In this document: one piece after another, positions 12,595-26,983 of the stretch
Position numbering within the stretch: the stretch's first letter is position 1
Layout: every line of letters begins with the position of its first letter
Source of the DNA: the human T2T-CHM13v2.0 reference genome, Homo sapiens
Reading direction: 5' to 3' (one strand)
Length of the DNA stretch: 64,000 nt
NCBI RefSeq assembly: GCF_009914755.1
Contig: NC_060933.1
The notes under the pieces: generated by a model
Seen by the model: only the letters and a program-made list of their open reading frames with translations
Told to the model about the DNA's origin: nothing
Database searches by the model: none
Program-made: the position numbers and the translations under genes

Positions 12595-14015
12595 TTTGCA
12601 TAGATAATAAAGATGTTTGCATCTCCAGAGTCTTGTAATTACCTTAAGAATTAGGAGAAGGAAAATAGAAAAGAAGAGGGGTAAATTCCTTCTGCTTCCC
12701 CTCCTTTTAAGCTCCATTATCATAATCTGTATCCCATTTCAATTTTCATCACTCTCAGAAGAATACAACAAACTGATAGGGAATGAGAGTAGTCTGGATT
12801 GAAAAGACAATTTAATTGCTCTGCTGAAAAAGAAACTCAACTCACACAAAACAGGGCCAACCTTTTCCATTTGATCTTACAGCTCAAATGTCAACTATGC
12901 CATACGTTTTATGTGACTTGAAAGAACAAAAATGGAAACAAAGATTTTAAACATTCCATTCTTCCTCACTATCATTTTATCCACTGAAAAAGGGAAAAAC
13001 CCTCAGTGGCATTCAACAAACTTAAAACAAGCATCAGGAATGTGTCAAGGTTGCCACAAACTACAGTAGCATATGTGAAGCTCCTTGACTGTTTTTAGTG
13101 AAATTTGTTGATGGTGTTGTGTATTAAATTACTGAAACCTTTCAGAATTCTGGCTTGCAAAGCACATGGAAAATAAATAGTGTGGCTACTGTTGGTGCAT
13201 TCATTTGCATATCAATGAAGATAATTCTGCTAGTTTCATAGAAATGATAGTGACTAAGGTCTAAGAAGGAAAGTGAGGGGCTTGGATGTACACAGAGGTT
13301 GCTAAAATTCTTCCTGCTTGCATGCCAACATTTCAAATAATTTTCCCAGTAAGATAAGCTAGATCCTTCATTGTTTTGTGTTCTCTGAGACAGCATTATG
13401 GAAGCCTGAATAGGGCTAAAGAGGCGGATGTTTTGAATTCTCATCCAACAATTTTTTTCATAAAAAATAATTCTCTGCCAAAATTTCAAAGTCCAACAGC
13501 TTGAGATCTCTGTCTCTTTTCCTTTTTAGTTTCATCCATTTGAAAAAAAATCAGATTAAATAAAATATGAACATTTTATTTCAAGAAAGCCAAGTTATGA
13601 GCAATACCAAGAAATGAACAGATTTTTTTCATTATATTTTACTTGCCAATTGCAATCATGCTACTTGTAAAATCTACAGTTCAGTATATAGACATTATTA
13701 GTTCTGTCAAAAATGTGAAGGAACATTGGGAAAGCTTAAGCTAACTTTTCAGATAATGAAAGATAAATTTTCATATTCAGCTTGGGAATTCGTATAACAG
13801 ACAACATAACGCCTGGACTATTTTTAAATATCTAAATATTTAAGAAGACCATGATTTGAATCAATATATCATAGCAAAAATGAGTAGCCCTAGTAAGAGG
13901 ACTCAGGGGCAAATCAAAAGTTTTACCTTTAATTGGAATCACTGACATAGTGCCCATGTGCATTCTTCTAATTTCCCTTTATTCTTAATAACCACCCAGA
14001 ATGAAAGCAAGATGA

Positions 14016-14273
14016 TCACGCCTGTAATCCCAGCACTTTTGGAGGCCGAGGCGGGTGGTTCACCTTAGGTCAGGAATTCGAGACCAGCCTGGCCAACATG
14101 GTGAAACCCTGTGTCTACTAATAATACAAAAAATTAGCCAAGCATGATGGCATACACCTGTAATCACAGCTACTCAGGAGGCTGATGCAGGAGAATTGCT
14201 TGAACCCGGGAGGCAGAGAGCTCCATCTCAAAAATTAATTAATTAATAAATAATTAATAAAAAATAAATAAAA
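14016..14273 (+). mobile_element. AluS with a right-arm internal deletion
   Basis: Alu body jumps from 'gggaggcagag' to 'agctccatctc'; first ~15 nt absent. Confidence 0.93.
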
Positions 14274-16950
14274 TATGAAGATCCCCTTCAATCTTAAAAT
14301 AACCATCTTACAAAATCATGTTTTTAAATAGACCTATTAAGAAGACTAACAGAGATCTGCGGAACACATATTTTGTAAATTGATGGCTTTTACTGGCCCT
14401 AAAACACCCAAAAGTTAATATTGTTTTTCCTTAACATACATATTTCCCTAAACTATCGCATGACATATAATTCTATTTTAGTTCATTAACTAGAGAATTA
14501 AACCCTTAGAGGATAGGAAATGTTTACCTGTATACCTAAAATTGGTATATGGAATTATCAAAGCAGTAAGAAATTTAACAACCAAAAATATAAAACAAGG
14601 AACAATTAAGAATTATTCAAGAAATTCGAGTAAAGAAATGAAAACTTCTGGAAATGCATTGCTAAATTTCAAAGCTATAAAAGTTGTTAAATAATACTTT
14701 AAAAAGTGTTTAACTTATTTAAATAAATAAGTGATCAAAATCTTTAATTTTGCTTCTAATATCAAGATGAGGTTCGGTAGAGAATGAAGTGAATCCTGTT
14801 TATCTCACAACAATAATAAGAGCCAAACTGAAATATATTTTACTTACCACAACAGATTTCTAAATATACTTCGGGAGATTAACTTACTACTGAACTGAGT
14901 CTGCAATTCTTCTTATATATTACCCTTAATACATGTTTCTAATTTATGAAACAAGATTATAATAGTTATAGTTAGATCATTAAAATATTTTAGTGCAACA
15001 TACAATTATTATGTGTGTGTTTATATATAAGGATATATATATATAAACACTTAGCCTTAATCATTACACAATATTAGAAGCTTATCTTTCGTATTAAGAT
15101 CATCAATCATTTTAATTTTCTAGACAGCCCTTACTTTTTACCCTTTCTACACCCTCTATTTTGTTTTAACAATTAACTTACTTCAATGGTAGAATGTTTA
15201 AATATTGTGAATGTTAATTTAATCAATTACACATTATTAGTGAAGGATTTAGCTAAACGGATTACATTTTTAAGAAGTCTCTGAATTTCCATAACCTTAT
15301 TTTAGCAATGCCATATAAAAGACAATGATACACCCAGTGTGAAATCATGTAGGTATGCCAAAATGTACCAGGACTTCTTAAAAACAATCATCACTGTGTT
15401 CCATTTACTAAGGAAAATTCCCTCGTCGCGCATCAGAAAGACTCAGGACGCTAAAGAGTATAGCTAGCTGCTCATGTCAGAAAGGGTGGAACCAGGAAGG
15501 CTATGGTATCCCACTTAACCATTAGCCAGCACATATTGTGGACAGATTTAAATTAGAAGACACTTGGTGATATCACTTAAGCCTATTTCTGGACTCCTGC
15601 AGGAAAACAAATGCTGGCACAAAAGAAAACTGCCAAACACCAGCTGGTCTGGTAGTCAACATTTATGAGCTCTTGGCATTTCATAATGTGTCTTACATGT
15701 GAGAAAATCCATTGTCATTAAACTCTTTTATCCATTCGTGATCTCACTTTATAGATTATGTAAGAAAACATCCCAGCAAGTGGACACATGCTTAAGTATC
15801 TAATGAGCGATTAAAATGAAATTTTAAAATGAAAATGACCTACAATAGGACCACTTAAAACATAACTTGGGCAATTCTAGTATTAGTAGACTGTCTCGCA
15901 TGTCTTCTTTGTGTGAGACATAACCTTTGGGGTGTGAATTATTTTAGTGCATTCCAGAACCTCAGGGTCTATAGTTATTCTCAAATACAGTGGTTCTGGG
16001 AACTAGCCTGCTTGGAACTGGGCGAGGAAAGCTGTGATGTAATGTGGATTTACACTAGAAAACAGGATAATTTTCTGACCCTTGAAAATGACCTTAAAGT
16101 CATTTTTCAAAAAGGGCCTTTTCAAAACTCTAGGGTTTTTTACTATAACTAATTTCACGTCCTAACCTCTGACTGTCCGAGACACAGATATACCTGCACT
16201 CTACAGAGAATTCTAGCCAGGAAGCTAAGTCATTGCCAAGGCCATTTAAGAGACTGAATTGGCTCAAGTTTGATACAGATTTAATTGGCAAATGGATCTG
16301 AATTTATTCTGGTTCTTGTTCTGTCTTTTGAGCCTGTTAAGTCATTTAGACCAGGGAAAGATTCTGGCGTACTAAGAATGTTTAGAAAAGGCTCCTATCT
16401 TGACAGTTAGGCTTAAAATGGATGACTTCTGACAGGAATGCTTGGAAGATAATCATTCACTTCTTTCCGTCAATTCCATGTTATCCCAAGGGTTTGTTCA
16501 ACAGATGGACATAATTTGCATACTTGACTACCGCAGTTTTCTTAATTGCATTTTCCCAGCACATTCTATTATATTTGCAGTATTAGATTTCCCTTATAAT
16601 TTCACTTTGAAAAATATACACAATATATAATAAGTTATTATATTTTCTATATGGTGGATCATTCTGCAAAACCTAACACCTGGAAACTGTAGGCATTTAG
16701 GATATATTGAAAATCTATTACCACACTCTAAGCTCAACTATGACATCTCTCAAACTTATTTAATACCTCTATTTTGAAATAAGCCTTCATGTTTTAGTTC
16801 AAAATACTTCACAATATATTTGTATGTTAGGATATTGCATAATCCAGTAACTATGTACAATATTTTAATATTTTAAGGTTAATTTTTGTTTATAACTGAC
16901 CATTAACCTGTAAAAAATACTTACACCATTAAGTATTAAAAATATTATTC

Positions 16951-17297
16951 TTTGGTGGGGGGGCTGAAAAGATGAATAGGTGACTCACAGATAATTTTTA
17001 GAGCAGTGAGAATATTCTGTATGATACAATAATGTTAATACATGTCATTATACATTTGTCCAAATCCACACAAAGTACAATACCAAGAGTCAACCCTAAT
17101 GTAAACTATGGTATTTGGATGATCATGATGTATTGATGCATCAGCTATGACAAATATGCCGCTCTGGTGGGGGATGTTGATAATGGGTGAGGCTATGCAT
17201 GGGTTGGTGTAGGAAGTATTGGGAATCTTTGTACCATCCTCTCAATTTTGATGTGAATTTAAAGGTGCTCCAAAAAGAAAAAAATAGTCTCAAAAAA
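16951..17297 (+). mobile_element. L1MC-type 3' end
   Basis: 'ccctaatgtaaactatgg...ctctggtgggggatgttgataatggg' followed by an A-rich end. Confidence 0.85.
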
Positions 17298-18161
17298 GGC
17301 CACAATTATTTTTAAACATAGAACTCCAGATTGCTGTTTACCATTTTTATTTTTAATGTTATATCATTGTTATGCTGAATTAATATCTTTATTCTTCATG
17401 ATAAGTGTGCATTTTTCAAGTCTGGTAGTTCTTCATTAACCCTAGGGAAGTTCCTGAAATTGTCACTGAAAATTTCTTAAGGGATACATACCAATAGGGA
17501 GAAGGAAGACTGTTGACAATTTATTCAGCAACATTTACTGCTTATTTGTTTAAAAATTTAAGCAAGCCTTCTAATTAAGATTTCTCACTACTCAAAAGAC
17601 ACATGACATGAACAAAAATTCTCCAAATGTTTAATTGCTTTAAGTACTATAGTGCCTAAGGCCAACATCTCTTTCCTTGACCCTCCTCTTCCTAGGTCTG
17701 CAAATCTGTTTCAGCATCTCATTTCTGCCCCTGACATGGAACATGTTAAATGAAAAACAAAATCCAGAAGATAGTGAAGAGAAATAACACTGTCATTAAG
17801 GGGAACATGATGCAACATAGCATCACCATCATTATGAGTATAGTGTCCATGTTGGACCAGATTTCATCATGCAAATTAGCACCTATTACAAAGACTTCCA
17901 AATAGATAAAATCTTATATTAGAAGTGATATTTCTGAAGAGCTTCTGAGAGTTCAACATATTTTTTAACAAATGATTTGATTTTTAAAATATATTCAAAA
18001 ATAGGCATTTGCAACATTGTTACCTATTAATTGCAGCTACAGGGCCGAGTTCCCATTTGCTTTTTTTTTTAAAAATCCTTTCTCTGATTCTCAAGTGAAA
18101 ACAACGAAATAGAGCCATTTTGTATTACTTCACATGAGAGAAAGAGTTGTTTTAATGTTAG

Positions 18162-18605
18162 TGTGAAAGCTGACCATACAAATTGGGGTCATTTTGTCAT
18201 ACCTGCTCTAAAGGACAGGAAGAAAAAGCACTCAGGGCACATAACGTTGCTTCAATAATGTAATTCTCTCCAAGTCTGGCTGCTGAAACTGCCTGTTGTA
18301 ACCTGAAACCAATCTAATAGCTACTGAGACAACCTACTAGGACTCTAAGACTAGTTTCCCCCACCACCATCTCTTACCAATCAGAACTTGCCAGTTCCTG
18401 AAAAACTTTACTAGTGCTACTGAATTTTCTTTCAGAACAATATGTAACATTTCTCCATGTTATCAAACTTCCAACCTTCTCCTTGTTCTTTGGACATACC
18501 AAAGATCATCCAGCCTGTGTATACGCTCCAGAATGCAATTCTTGCTTCCAAAATAAAACACTTAAAATTTAAAGATTTGTCTCTATATTTTGATGTTGAC
18601 TTTAG
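18162..18605 (+). mobile_element. ERV1 solo LTR (LTR54/MER34-group-like; subfamily uncertain)
   Basis: TG start, CCAAT ('ccaatcaga'), and AATAAA in 'ttccaaaataaaacac' near the 3' end. Confidence 0.7.
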
Positions 18606-18890
18606 CTATCGAAAGCATATACTTTTCCTTAAATGTATACAATTTCATCAGGATTCCCAAAGAGGCTAATTAACCTATATTCATGGGATTAATATGCAGA
18701 TATGAAAATCCTATCTAAAAATTGTAGACAATAATATATAGCAAACTATGTTATGCCTAGAAATAATATTCTCCAAGCTAATTTTGTTAATTATGAGTTT
18801 TGAAGAAACAAAAGTTGGGATAATTGAATAATGTTTAAGGTGAAATGGAATTTTTATTTAAACTTTTGTTCTGGTGACTGTTCACAGAAG

Positions 18891-19540
18891 CAGTACTACT
18901 TCCTAGGGGAGATTTTGAAAACCTGGGAGGCAGTATGTTTTGTTTGTCAGATCGATTTATGACAACATGGGAATTTTAGCAGGTAAGGTCAGGACAGTCC
19001 TGCACATCGAAGAAGGCTTCCACGTCCAATATGGTTTTGAATATCCTATTGGGCAACAAGGGGAAAAAGAATCTGTTTGGAGTAATCTGAGTCTTAATCC
19101 TAATCCTGTTTTACATAAAACACAAAGGATTCTGATACATTTTAAGTTATAGACTAAGTTTCCATAAAGCAATCTCTATCTAAATTTAAAAAAGATTAAT
19201 CTTAGAGAGACTTTCCTTTAAATCAATAGTTGTTTTCCATCAGGCAAAGTCACATTACCTCCATAGGAATACTGCTGATGATGTTTGATAGAATTATACA
19301 ATGAATGTGACTAAAATGATATAATAAATGTGATAAAGTAAATCTGTATTTATAGCTGACTCATTAAAGACATTCTATGTATAGGTGCAAAAAAAGCATA
19401 TGATTACTTCATTAGGTCTTCATAGTAAGATTTCCCAAGCAAGCATTAACAAAATAAAAGAAATTTAACTATTTCATTGTAAATTACTCACCCTTTATTT
19501 CTGCTTTTCATTTTAAGTGGGGGATTTGTACTAATAGGGT
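18891..19540 (+). mobile_element. MER20B-like hAT-Charlie relic
   Basis: 'ctaggggagattttgaaa...ggacagtcctgcaca' resembles the MER20 family; diverged. Confidence 0.5.
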
Positions 19541-19765
19541 TGAACTTACACTTCATTTCCAGGTAGTGAAAGGGAATTTGCAAAATATATGTTAAAATAA
19601 AATGCATCAAGTCTAATAGGGTTGAGAACAGCTGTGATAGCAGAATAATAATGAACGTTTTATTATGCATATCATTGCTGAGAGCTTAGTGGTGTGACAC
19701 TATAGGAAATATGATAACTACTGAATCCAGAAAAAAAATGACAATAATGATAATGTTATGAATAT

Positions 19766-20418
19766 GTGGAGTCTCACAAAATGATAACGCAATCTGAAGG
19801 CCTAAGAAGCAGCCTCAGAAGCAGTTTCTCTCTGATCTTCTCCCGCCCTCCTGCCTCTTGCCCCTCAGTCTCCCCTGAGGTAAGCCATACAATCTCTTTT
19901 CCCCAAGGTTGGTCTAGAACCCTTTTTCCCCAAAGCCAGCTGTAAAACCTAAAAATATTACTCTAACCTCTCTCCACCTCTTCCTGAGTCACGATTGGCC
20001 ATTAAGAGATTAAGACCTTCATTCCAGAGGGTCCTACCCCATACTGAGGAGGGAAAAGTGTCGCACAGAGGGATCAAGAAACATCTAAACAGACAGGCCT
20101 TGCTGAGTTGTCCCACCCAATCTATTAGCATTAGATTATATACTTTTTGTATAATCGTATTTCTATGTGGTGGTTCATATAACCTAAATAAAATATACTT
20201 CATATAACCTAAATAAAAATATACTTCATATAACCTAAATAAAAACAGATCGTTTTCTCTGTACCTTTGATTCTTCCTTCTGAAGGCTCCCATGCTATGT
20301 AAAACTATCAAATACACTTGCTCTGCCTTTATCTTGTTAACCTGTCTTTTGATAAAGGGGTTTCAGCCATGACCCTTATGATAGAGAGGAAAGGGAACTT
20401 CCCTTTTTCACTCCTAGA
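19766..20418 (+). mobile_element. MER39-type ERV1 solo LTR
   Basis: 'agaagcagcctcagaagc...ctaaacagacaggccttgctgag...ctgaaggctcccatg' MER39-type blocks. Confidence 0.8.
20174..20245 (+). repeat. 25/26-bp tandem repeat, about 2.8 copies, inside MER39
   Basis: Unit 'ttcatataacctaaataaaa(a)tatac'. Confidence 0.95.
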
Positions 20419-20566
20419 GAAACAGAAGGTCCAGGGCAGAAAGGTGAGGAAAAATGCCTTAAGTACAGGAAAAGAGAATGAAAGCTGGGACTGAGGAATG
20501 CATCATAAAAGATCACATTTATACTATGATGTAAAGTGGGTAAGAAATCAGCTTCTTTATCTTACA

Positions 20567-21896
20567 GGAAAAGTAAACCACAGACCTATATCACTCATGA
20601 ACATAGATATAAACTTAGTAACACAATTTTAAGAAGTGTATAAAAATATATAAAACAATATGTACAGAAGGATAATACAAAATGACAAAATGTTAATTTT
20701 TTAAATTGATTATTAATGCCTAATAAAGATATAATAGGTCAATAACCCCTAACAAATAACAGCTAAAATGATAAATCTGCATGAAGAAAATATGGATTAA
20801 ATCCTAGTGGCATTTAATTTGTTAATGGTCTCTTAGACAGGATTTTTGAATCATGAACTACAAAATTAAATTAGAATCCATCAAAATTAAAATAATTAGA
20901 CTTTTTCAAAACCTAAACCTTTTGCTCATTAAAAGATACATTACTTCAATTCAATATACAAATTAGGAGAAGGCATTTGTAAAACACATACAACAAAGGC
21001 CTCATATATTACAATTTGAAAGAAAGATATAAATACCAGAGTAGAAAAAAAAAAATGACAAAAGATTTGAACAGACATTTCACCAAAAATATCTATATGG
21101 ATTACAAATAAGCTCATAAAAAGATGCTCAACATCATTAACTATTAAAGAAATTCAAAATTAAACCATGATGAGATACTACTCTGTACTGATTACATTTG
21201 TTAAAATTAAAATAACTGATTATATCAAGTGTTAGTGAGGATACAGAGGAACTGGAACTGTCATATGCTACTAGTGGGAATGTAAAATGGTGCAGAAATT
21301 TTGTAAAATATTTCAACAGTTTTACAAAAATTTAAAAATGCACTTATCATATGACCCAATCATTTCATTCCTAGAGATTTACCCACAAGAAACGAAAGAA
21401 TGTGTCCATTCAAAGACTTGTAAATAAACGTTCATAGAAGCTTTGTCTGTAATAGCCAAGAACTGACAAGAGTAGACGGTCTTCAACAAGTCAATGGAAA
21501 ACCAAATTATAGTATAGCCATGCAATGAACTACTACTTCACAACAAAAAGTAACAAACTATTGATAAATATAACAACACGGGTAATTCAAATAATGATAA
21601 CTACTGAAAGAAAAATACAAAGCACATTGCATGATTTCAATCATATAAAATTCTATTAAGTGCAACTACTTTACAGTGAGAAAAAGTAGATCGGTGTTTT
21701 TCCTGAAAACCAGGGTTGGTGGAGGAACGGTTATTATAAAGGGGCACCAAGAAACTTTTGGGGATGATGGATCTGTTTATTATTTTCATGTGGGTATAAT
21801 TTCATAAATAAATACATATGTCAAACATATCCAACTGTACACTTTAAATAGGGACAATTTATTGTGTTGTCAATGATACTGCAATAAAGCTGTAAA
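20567..21896 (+). mobile_element. Old L1ME-type fragment (degraded ORF2 and 3' end)
   Basis: 'gatttgaacagacatttcacca', 'gggaatgtaaaatggtgca', 'gaaacttttggggatgatgg...caataaagctgt'. Confidence 0.85.
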
Positions 21897-23744
21897 GTTG
21901 ATATTCTATGAAGGTAAGTTGTTAAGAAGTCAGCTATTTAAAATAACTAACGGCACATAAAACCAAAGCTATATTTCTTATTTACAAATGGACTGACCTT
22001 GTTAAAAGTTAATTTAAACAACACGCTGTTTTCATGTCAGCACTGGAGTAAAAGGCTAAAGAAACTCAGACAAGAGGAAAAAGGTGCCATGAATTAAAGA
22101 CTATATGACCTGTGAAGAGGAAAACCTGAAAACAAAAGACTATAAAAGGTATGTGATCAATTTAGCATAAATATTTTCTGTACCATTAGCTTTCTAACTG
22201 CATTTTTTCCAGAACCCTATGACTGGCTGCACTGGAATAAGGGCAAGAGACAGGATCATTTTCAGTTCTCTAAACTGTTTGCAATAACATAATTTCTGCT
22301 TTTTCTTTGTTTTATTTCTTTAAGCTCCCATATAAATTTCATCTGAGCAAATAACTTTAGGCTGAAATGTTGAAGCCACTTCACTGCAGTAGGCCAAAAG
22401 AGAGATTAGAATAGGGCAGCGCCAAAACTCATTTTAAACACATTTTTGTATAATCACTCAGCTCTCATAATAGATTTGGATACTATGATTCATATGAATT
22501 AGATCACAGGTACCAACGTTCAGTGTTCAGGCAACAGAAATATGTAAGTCCCTACTGTGTACCAGGCTTTCTGCTAGATCCAGGGATAGAGTGATATGTT
22601 GCTTTACTTGAGTGTTAGAGGCAGGCATTGAATACATTTTTTTTTTTTTGCATTTTTGACTAACATGGTGTATCTTCAGTGCCATGTAAAATCAATCAGC
22701 TTAAGGGCTTACTTAATTAAAAAAAAATCTCCGTCTAGGGCTTAGATTAGATCAATAGGTTTTTATTTTTATTTTTCTTTCTAGTGGTGGAGGAAACAGC
22801 ACAATTTTCCACTAATTAAGTGAGCCAATGGCTGATTATTTTACAACCTTGCTACTTCTTTCTGGGTGTGACCAAGAAATTTGATGTAACGTATCATTGT
22901 TCCAGCAGAAAATGAAAATTGCTGGAGTTTGAGAGAAAAAGGAAGGGAAGAGAGGGAGGGAGGGAGGGAGAGAGAGAGAGAGAGCCAAAGACAAAGATAT
23001 GGTTATGTTTCAAAAATGAAAAGTTTTAACAGTTCATACACATTTCTGGTTTTGTAACTGCCTCTAAACTATAACTTTGATTTACACAGCCTGAGGCAAT
23101 TTAGTTCCATTGTCCCTTTGCACTTTATGGACAATTTAACTGATCCCTGTCAAAAATCCAAGGATATTCACTCTTGAGGAGGGAGTTATTCAGAGACTTC
23201 ATTACTGTCTTGCTTATTTCTATCTGAAGTTGCTGCTTTGAGACTAAATTTCCTTTTATTATGAAAACTGAATGGTTCCCACATTTATATGCTATCTTTT
23301 GTAAGCATTTGGCCACAGCTAAAGTGGCTATTGCTTTTGAGACCTGTTTAATTTTCTTTTCATATTAAATGTTAATGTTTTATGTTTATCACTTTGTCTA
23401 CCTTGTGTATTGCAAAATTTCTTGCTGGTTGTGGAGGTTTAATCATAAGATCATTTTATTAGTCAAAACTTACATTTCTATAACACTACAGATTTATATT
23501 TATGGTTTGAGTCGTCATCAATGTCCTTCCACCTATACAATTGCATAGGTCCTCTTAACTGATTTCCAATCAACATTCTATATTCTATTTCCTGTAAGAT
23601 CCACCCTTCACACTGCTACCACAATTTTCTTCTGAAATCCCATTGGGATACTTAAAAAAAGAGATATGTATATTTTCTTCATTGTTGGAGATATACATAG
23701 TAACAATAGTAACTACAAACACCTGGTATATAATCCTACTCACA

Positions 23745-23789
23745 ATCTTGCTCCAACCTCTAATTACTATCTTGCTCCAACCTCTAATT
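23745..23789. repeat. 24-bp-period tandem duplication
   Basis: 'atcttgctccaacctctaatt' occurs twice, identical. Confidence 0.95.
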
Positions 23790-23919
23790 CAAGCCTCCTA
23801 TTTCACCAGTCATATTTACAAGTCATCCAACCTTTGAACCTTTATCCTCCCAAACCTAAAGACATATATGTATTCATATTTTATGTCCTGGATTAATCAT
23901 TTTTTTTTCTGTCCAGAAT

Positions 23920-24125
23920 CAGGTCCCTGCACCGAACTGCTAGATTTACATCAAAGTTTGATCATTTGTTGTATAACACTAGGTAAATTAACCTCTTAAC
24001 AGCTTGTTCATCTCTAAAGTAGGATCATAATTATGCTTTCTCACAGGTTTGGGAGGATTAAATGTAATATACGTAAAGTGCATAGAATGAGACTATAGAG
24101 AGCCTACAATCACTGTTTACTACTA
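23920..24125 (+). mobile_element. MIR
   Basis: 'ggtaaattaacctct...catctctaaagtaggat...gaggattaaatgtaatatacgtaaagtgc'. Confidence 0.7.
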
Positions 24126-24169
24126 ATCACTTTTTTTTTCATTGTAGTAATCTAATGGTATCCCACTCA

Positions 24170-24425
24170 AACTTTGAGCTCTGGATTAAAATCAACCTGC
24201 CTGTGAATCACTACTTGGCCTCCCTTACAGTGTTAGTCATTGTATTCTTTTACATCAAACATACATCTTCATTATCTCTTCATTGTGCTCTAATATTTGT
24301 TTCAATGCATCCTCATTAAATTGTAATCTCCCCAAAAGCAGAGATATTGATTTATGCAGTCTGCCTCTCTTGTGCCCACCACAATGCACTGTACATGGTA
24401 GATGGTTGATAAAGGTCTGTTAGAC
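24170..24425 (+). mobile_element. L2 3' fragment
   Basis: 'ttaaattgtaatctcccc...cacaatgcactgtacatggtagatg'. Confidence 0.55.
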
Positions 24426-26153
24426 CCTGGCTGCTGAATGCATCTTTACAAGTATGTTGATATGTGTGGCATGAGGTCCAACTGACCACATTTCTGTGGA
24501 CACTGAAGAGATACAGGTAGAGAGATCTGAGTTTATAGTCAAAACAAATTTCATTTTTTACAACAAAAGTAGTTTATTAGGTTAAGCAGGAGGAAAAAAA
24601 TTCCTCTTGAATTTTGGATATGAGCCAGGGAATCATCCTACCATTCCTAAGATGAAAATAAAACATTATTTCATACCAGTTCAAATCTCATAGAGCCCCT
24701 CTTGAAAATATAATGGCCCATATGGAAAAAAATTGGCTAAAGGAACTGAAGTTCAAACAATATTTAAAACAGGGAGAGAAGTAGGTTTGCACCTTCTTTA
24801 ATGGAACAGTGATTTTAGAATGCATGCCCTTCTTATCAGGGCTCTACTTTTAAAGCATGCTGTTTTCTAGCTGCTTCTATATTGACTTTTCTAAGCCCAA
24901 GGCATAATCTTTTGGACTCCAGACATGAGTCTACTTGAGAGCTTATTACACAATTTATTTTGATTATCAGTATACTGGAAAACTCTTCTCATTTTCCCAT
25001 TTCTTAATCATTAATAATAAAAATGAAACAATAATGAAAGCATTTTAGAACATTCACACAATGTATCTAATTTCTCAAACAGAAATATTATTTCTAATGA
25101 TGACATAAAGTTTGACATTTTACATATTATTGACAGACATTTTACCCTAAACATAGTGAAAAATGAAATTAAATTTCATCATCACTCAGCTGAGCAAAAT
25201 GTAGATTCCAACATACCCTGGACCAGTTTTCCTCCAAGGATAGATTAGTCATATGTTATAGAAACCTGTGTAAAGCAGAGACAGCATTAAATATAATCAA
25301 CATATATTCCTTTACATACAGAGTAACCTGAGGTTATAAGGTAAAGCCATATAGTGCGTAGGTAATCTGATAATCAAAGTATTGAATAATTAAGAGTATT
25401 TAATCACACCATTTTATCTATGATTTCCAAAATAAAATTATACTAGTATTTTCAACAAAATGACTCCGTACACAATGCATACCTATCTGTTCAATTAATA
25501 CTCACTGATGGCCTACTATGTACAAAATGTGCAAGGTGGCCCCACAAGCACTACATGATAAATATTGGTGCACTCGCTCTTTTCATTCATTAGACAATGC
25601 ACACTTTGAAAGACAAAGAAGTGACTTGCTTCTTGTGTGTTGTTAATACAGGTATGTTAGATGTATGAATAAATTAATGAGTGAATAATGAAATGAATAA
25701 ACAAACTATGAAAAAAGAAACTGTCCTTCTACTGAAGGCATTTAATCTATGTGTATATGTGTGTGTATTGGGACAGGGGGAAGACAGATGTGGCAGGGAG
25801 AGAGATTGATAAAGTAGGTGAGGCAATATATGAAGGGTGCAAGCTAAGTAAGCTCAAATAAGGAAGAGATAGTATCAAGTAAGGGATTTTCTTAAAGCTT
25901 CAAGAATGAGGTGGCATGTGAGATATTTTGAAGAATTAAATTTTGACACATACTATAAGCCAAATCAGTGATAGAACACTTTCTATCCAAAAGCAAGAAT
26001 TGAACATGAAATAAGTTAAACCACATTAGGAAATAAAAATTTCCTATTTTGTATTTCCTTTGGCCTCCCAAGAATGTTTTTTTCTTCTCCTGCTTTTTAA
26101 ACCCTCTAGCAATCACATACTTCACAATAATGGTTAAAAGAATAATCCAACTC

Positions 26154-26197
26154 TTAAATACAGCTATGCAACTACTAGATATAAAAGCTTTGGAAAT
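26154..26197. repeat. Donor copy of a 44-bp inverted duplication (partner 26764-26807)
   Basis: Reverse complement matches 26764-26807 at 41/44. Confidence 0.95.
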
Positions 26198-26267
26198 GTA
26201 TTTAAGTTTTTAAAGTATGAGTCTCTGTATTCATAAAGTGAAACATTAGTACCAACTCGATTGGCTA

Positions 26268-26569
<302 letters not shown>

Positions 26570-26658
26570 AAGATACATGTTTTAAAATAGTTCTAATTCC
26601 TGCAGAGTTCAAATAAACAACTACTTAGGGCAGGAAGATTGTTAGATGATGATGCCTA

Positions 26659-26983
<325 letters not shown>

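Noticed and set aside
15415-15455. Small CpG cluster (cgtcgcg)
   Set aside because: Far too short for a CpG island or promoter
19486-19532. Strong - strand donor (AGG|gtgagt) with a possible 39-nt exon
   Set aside because: Appears to lie in the MER20B-like relic, and the acceptor has a poor pyrimidine tract
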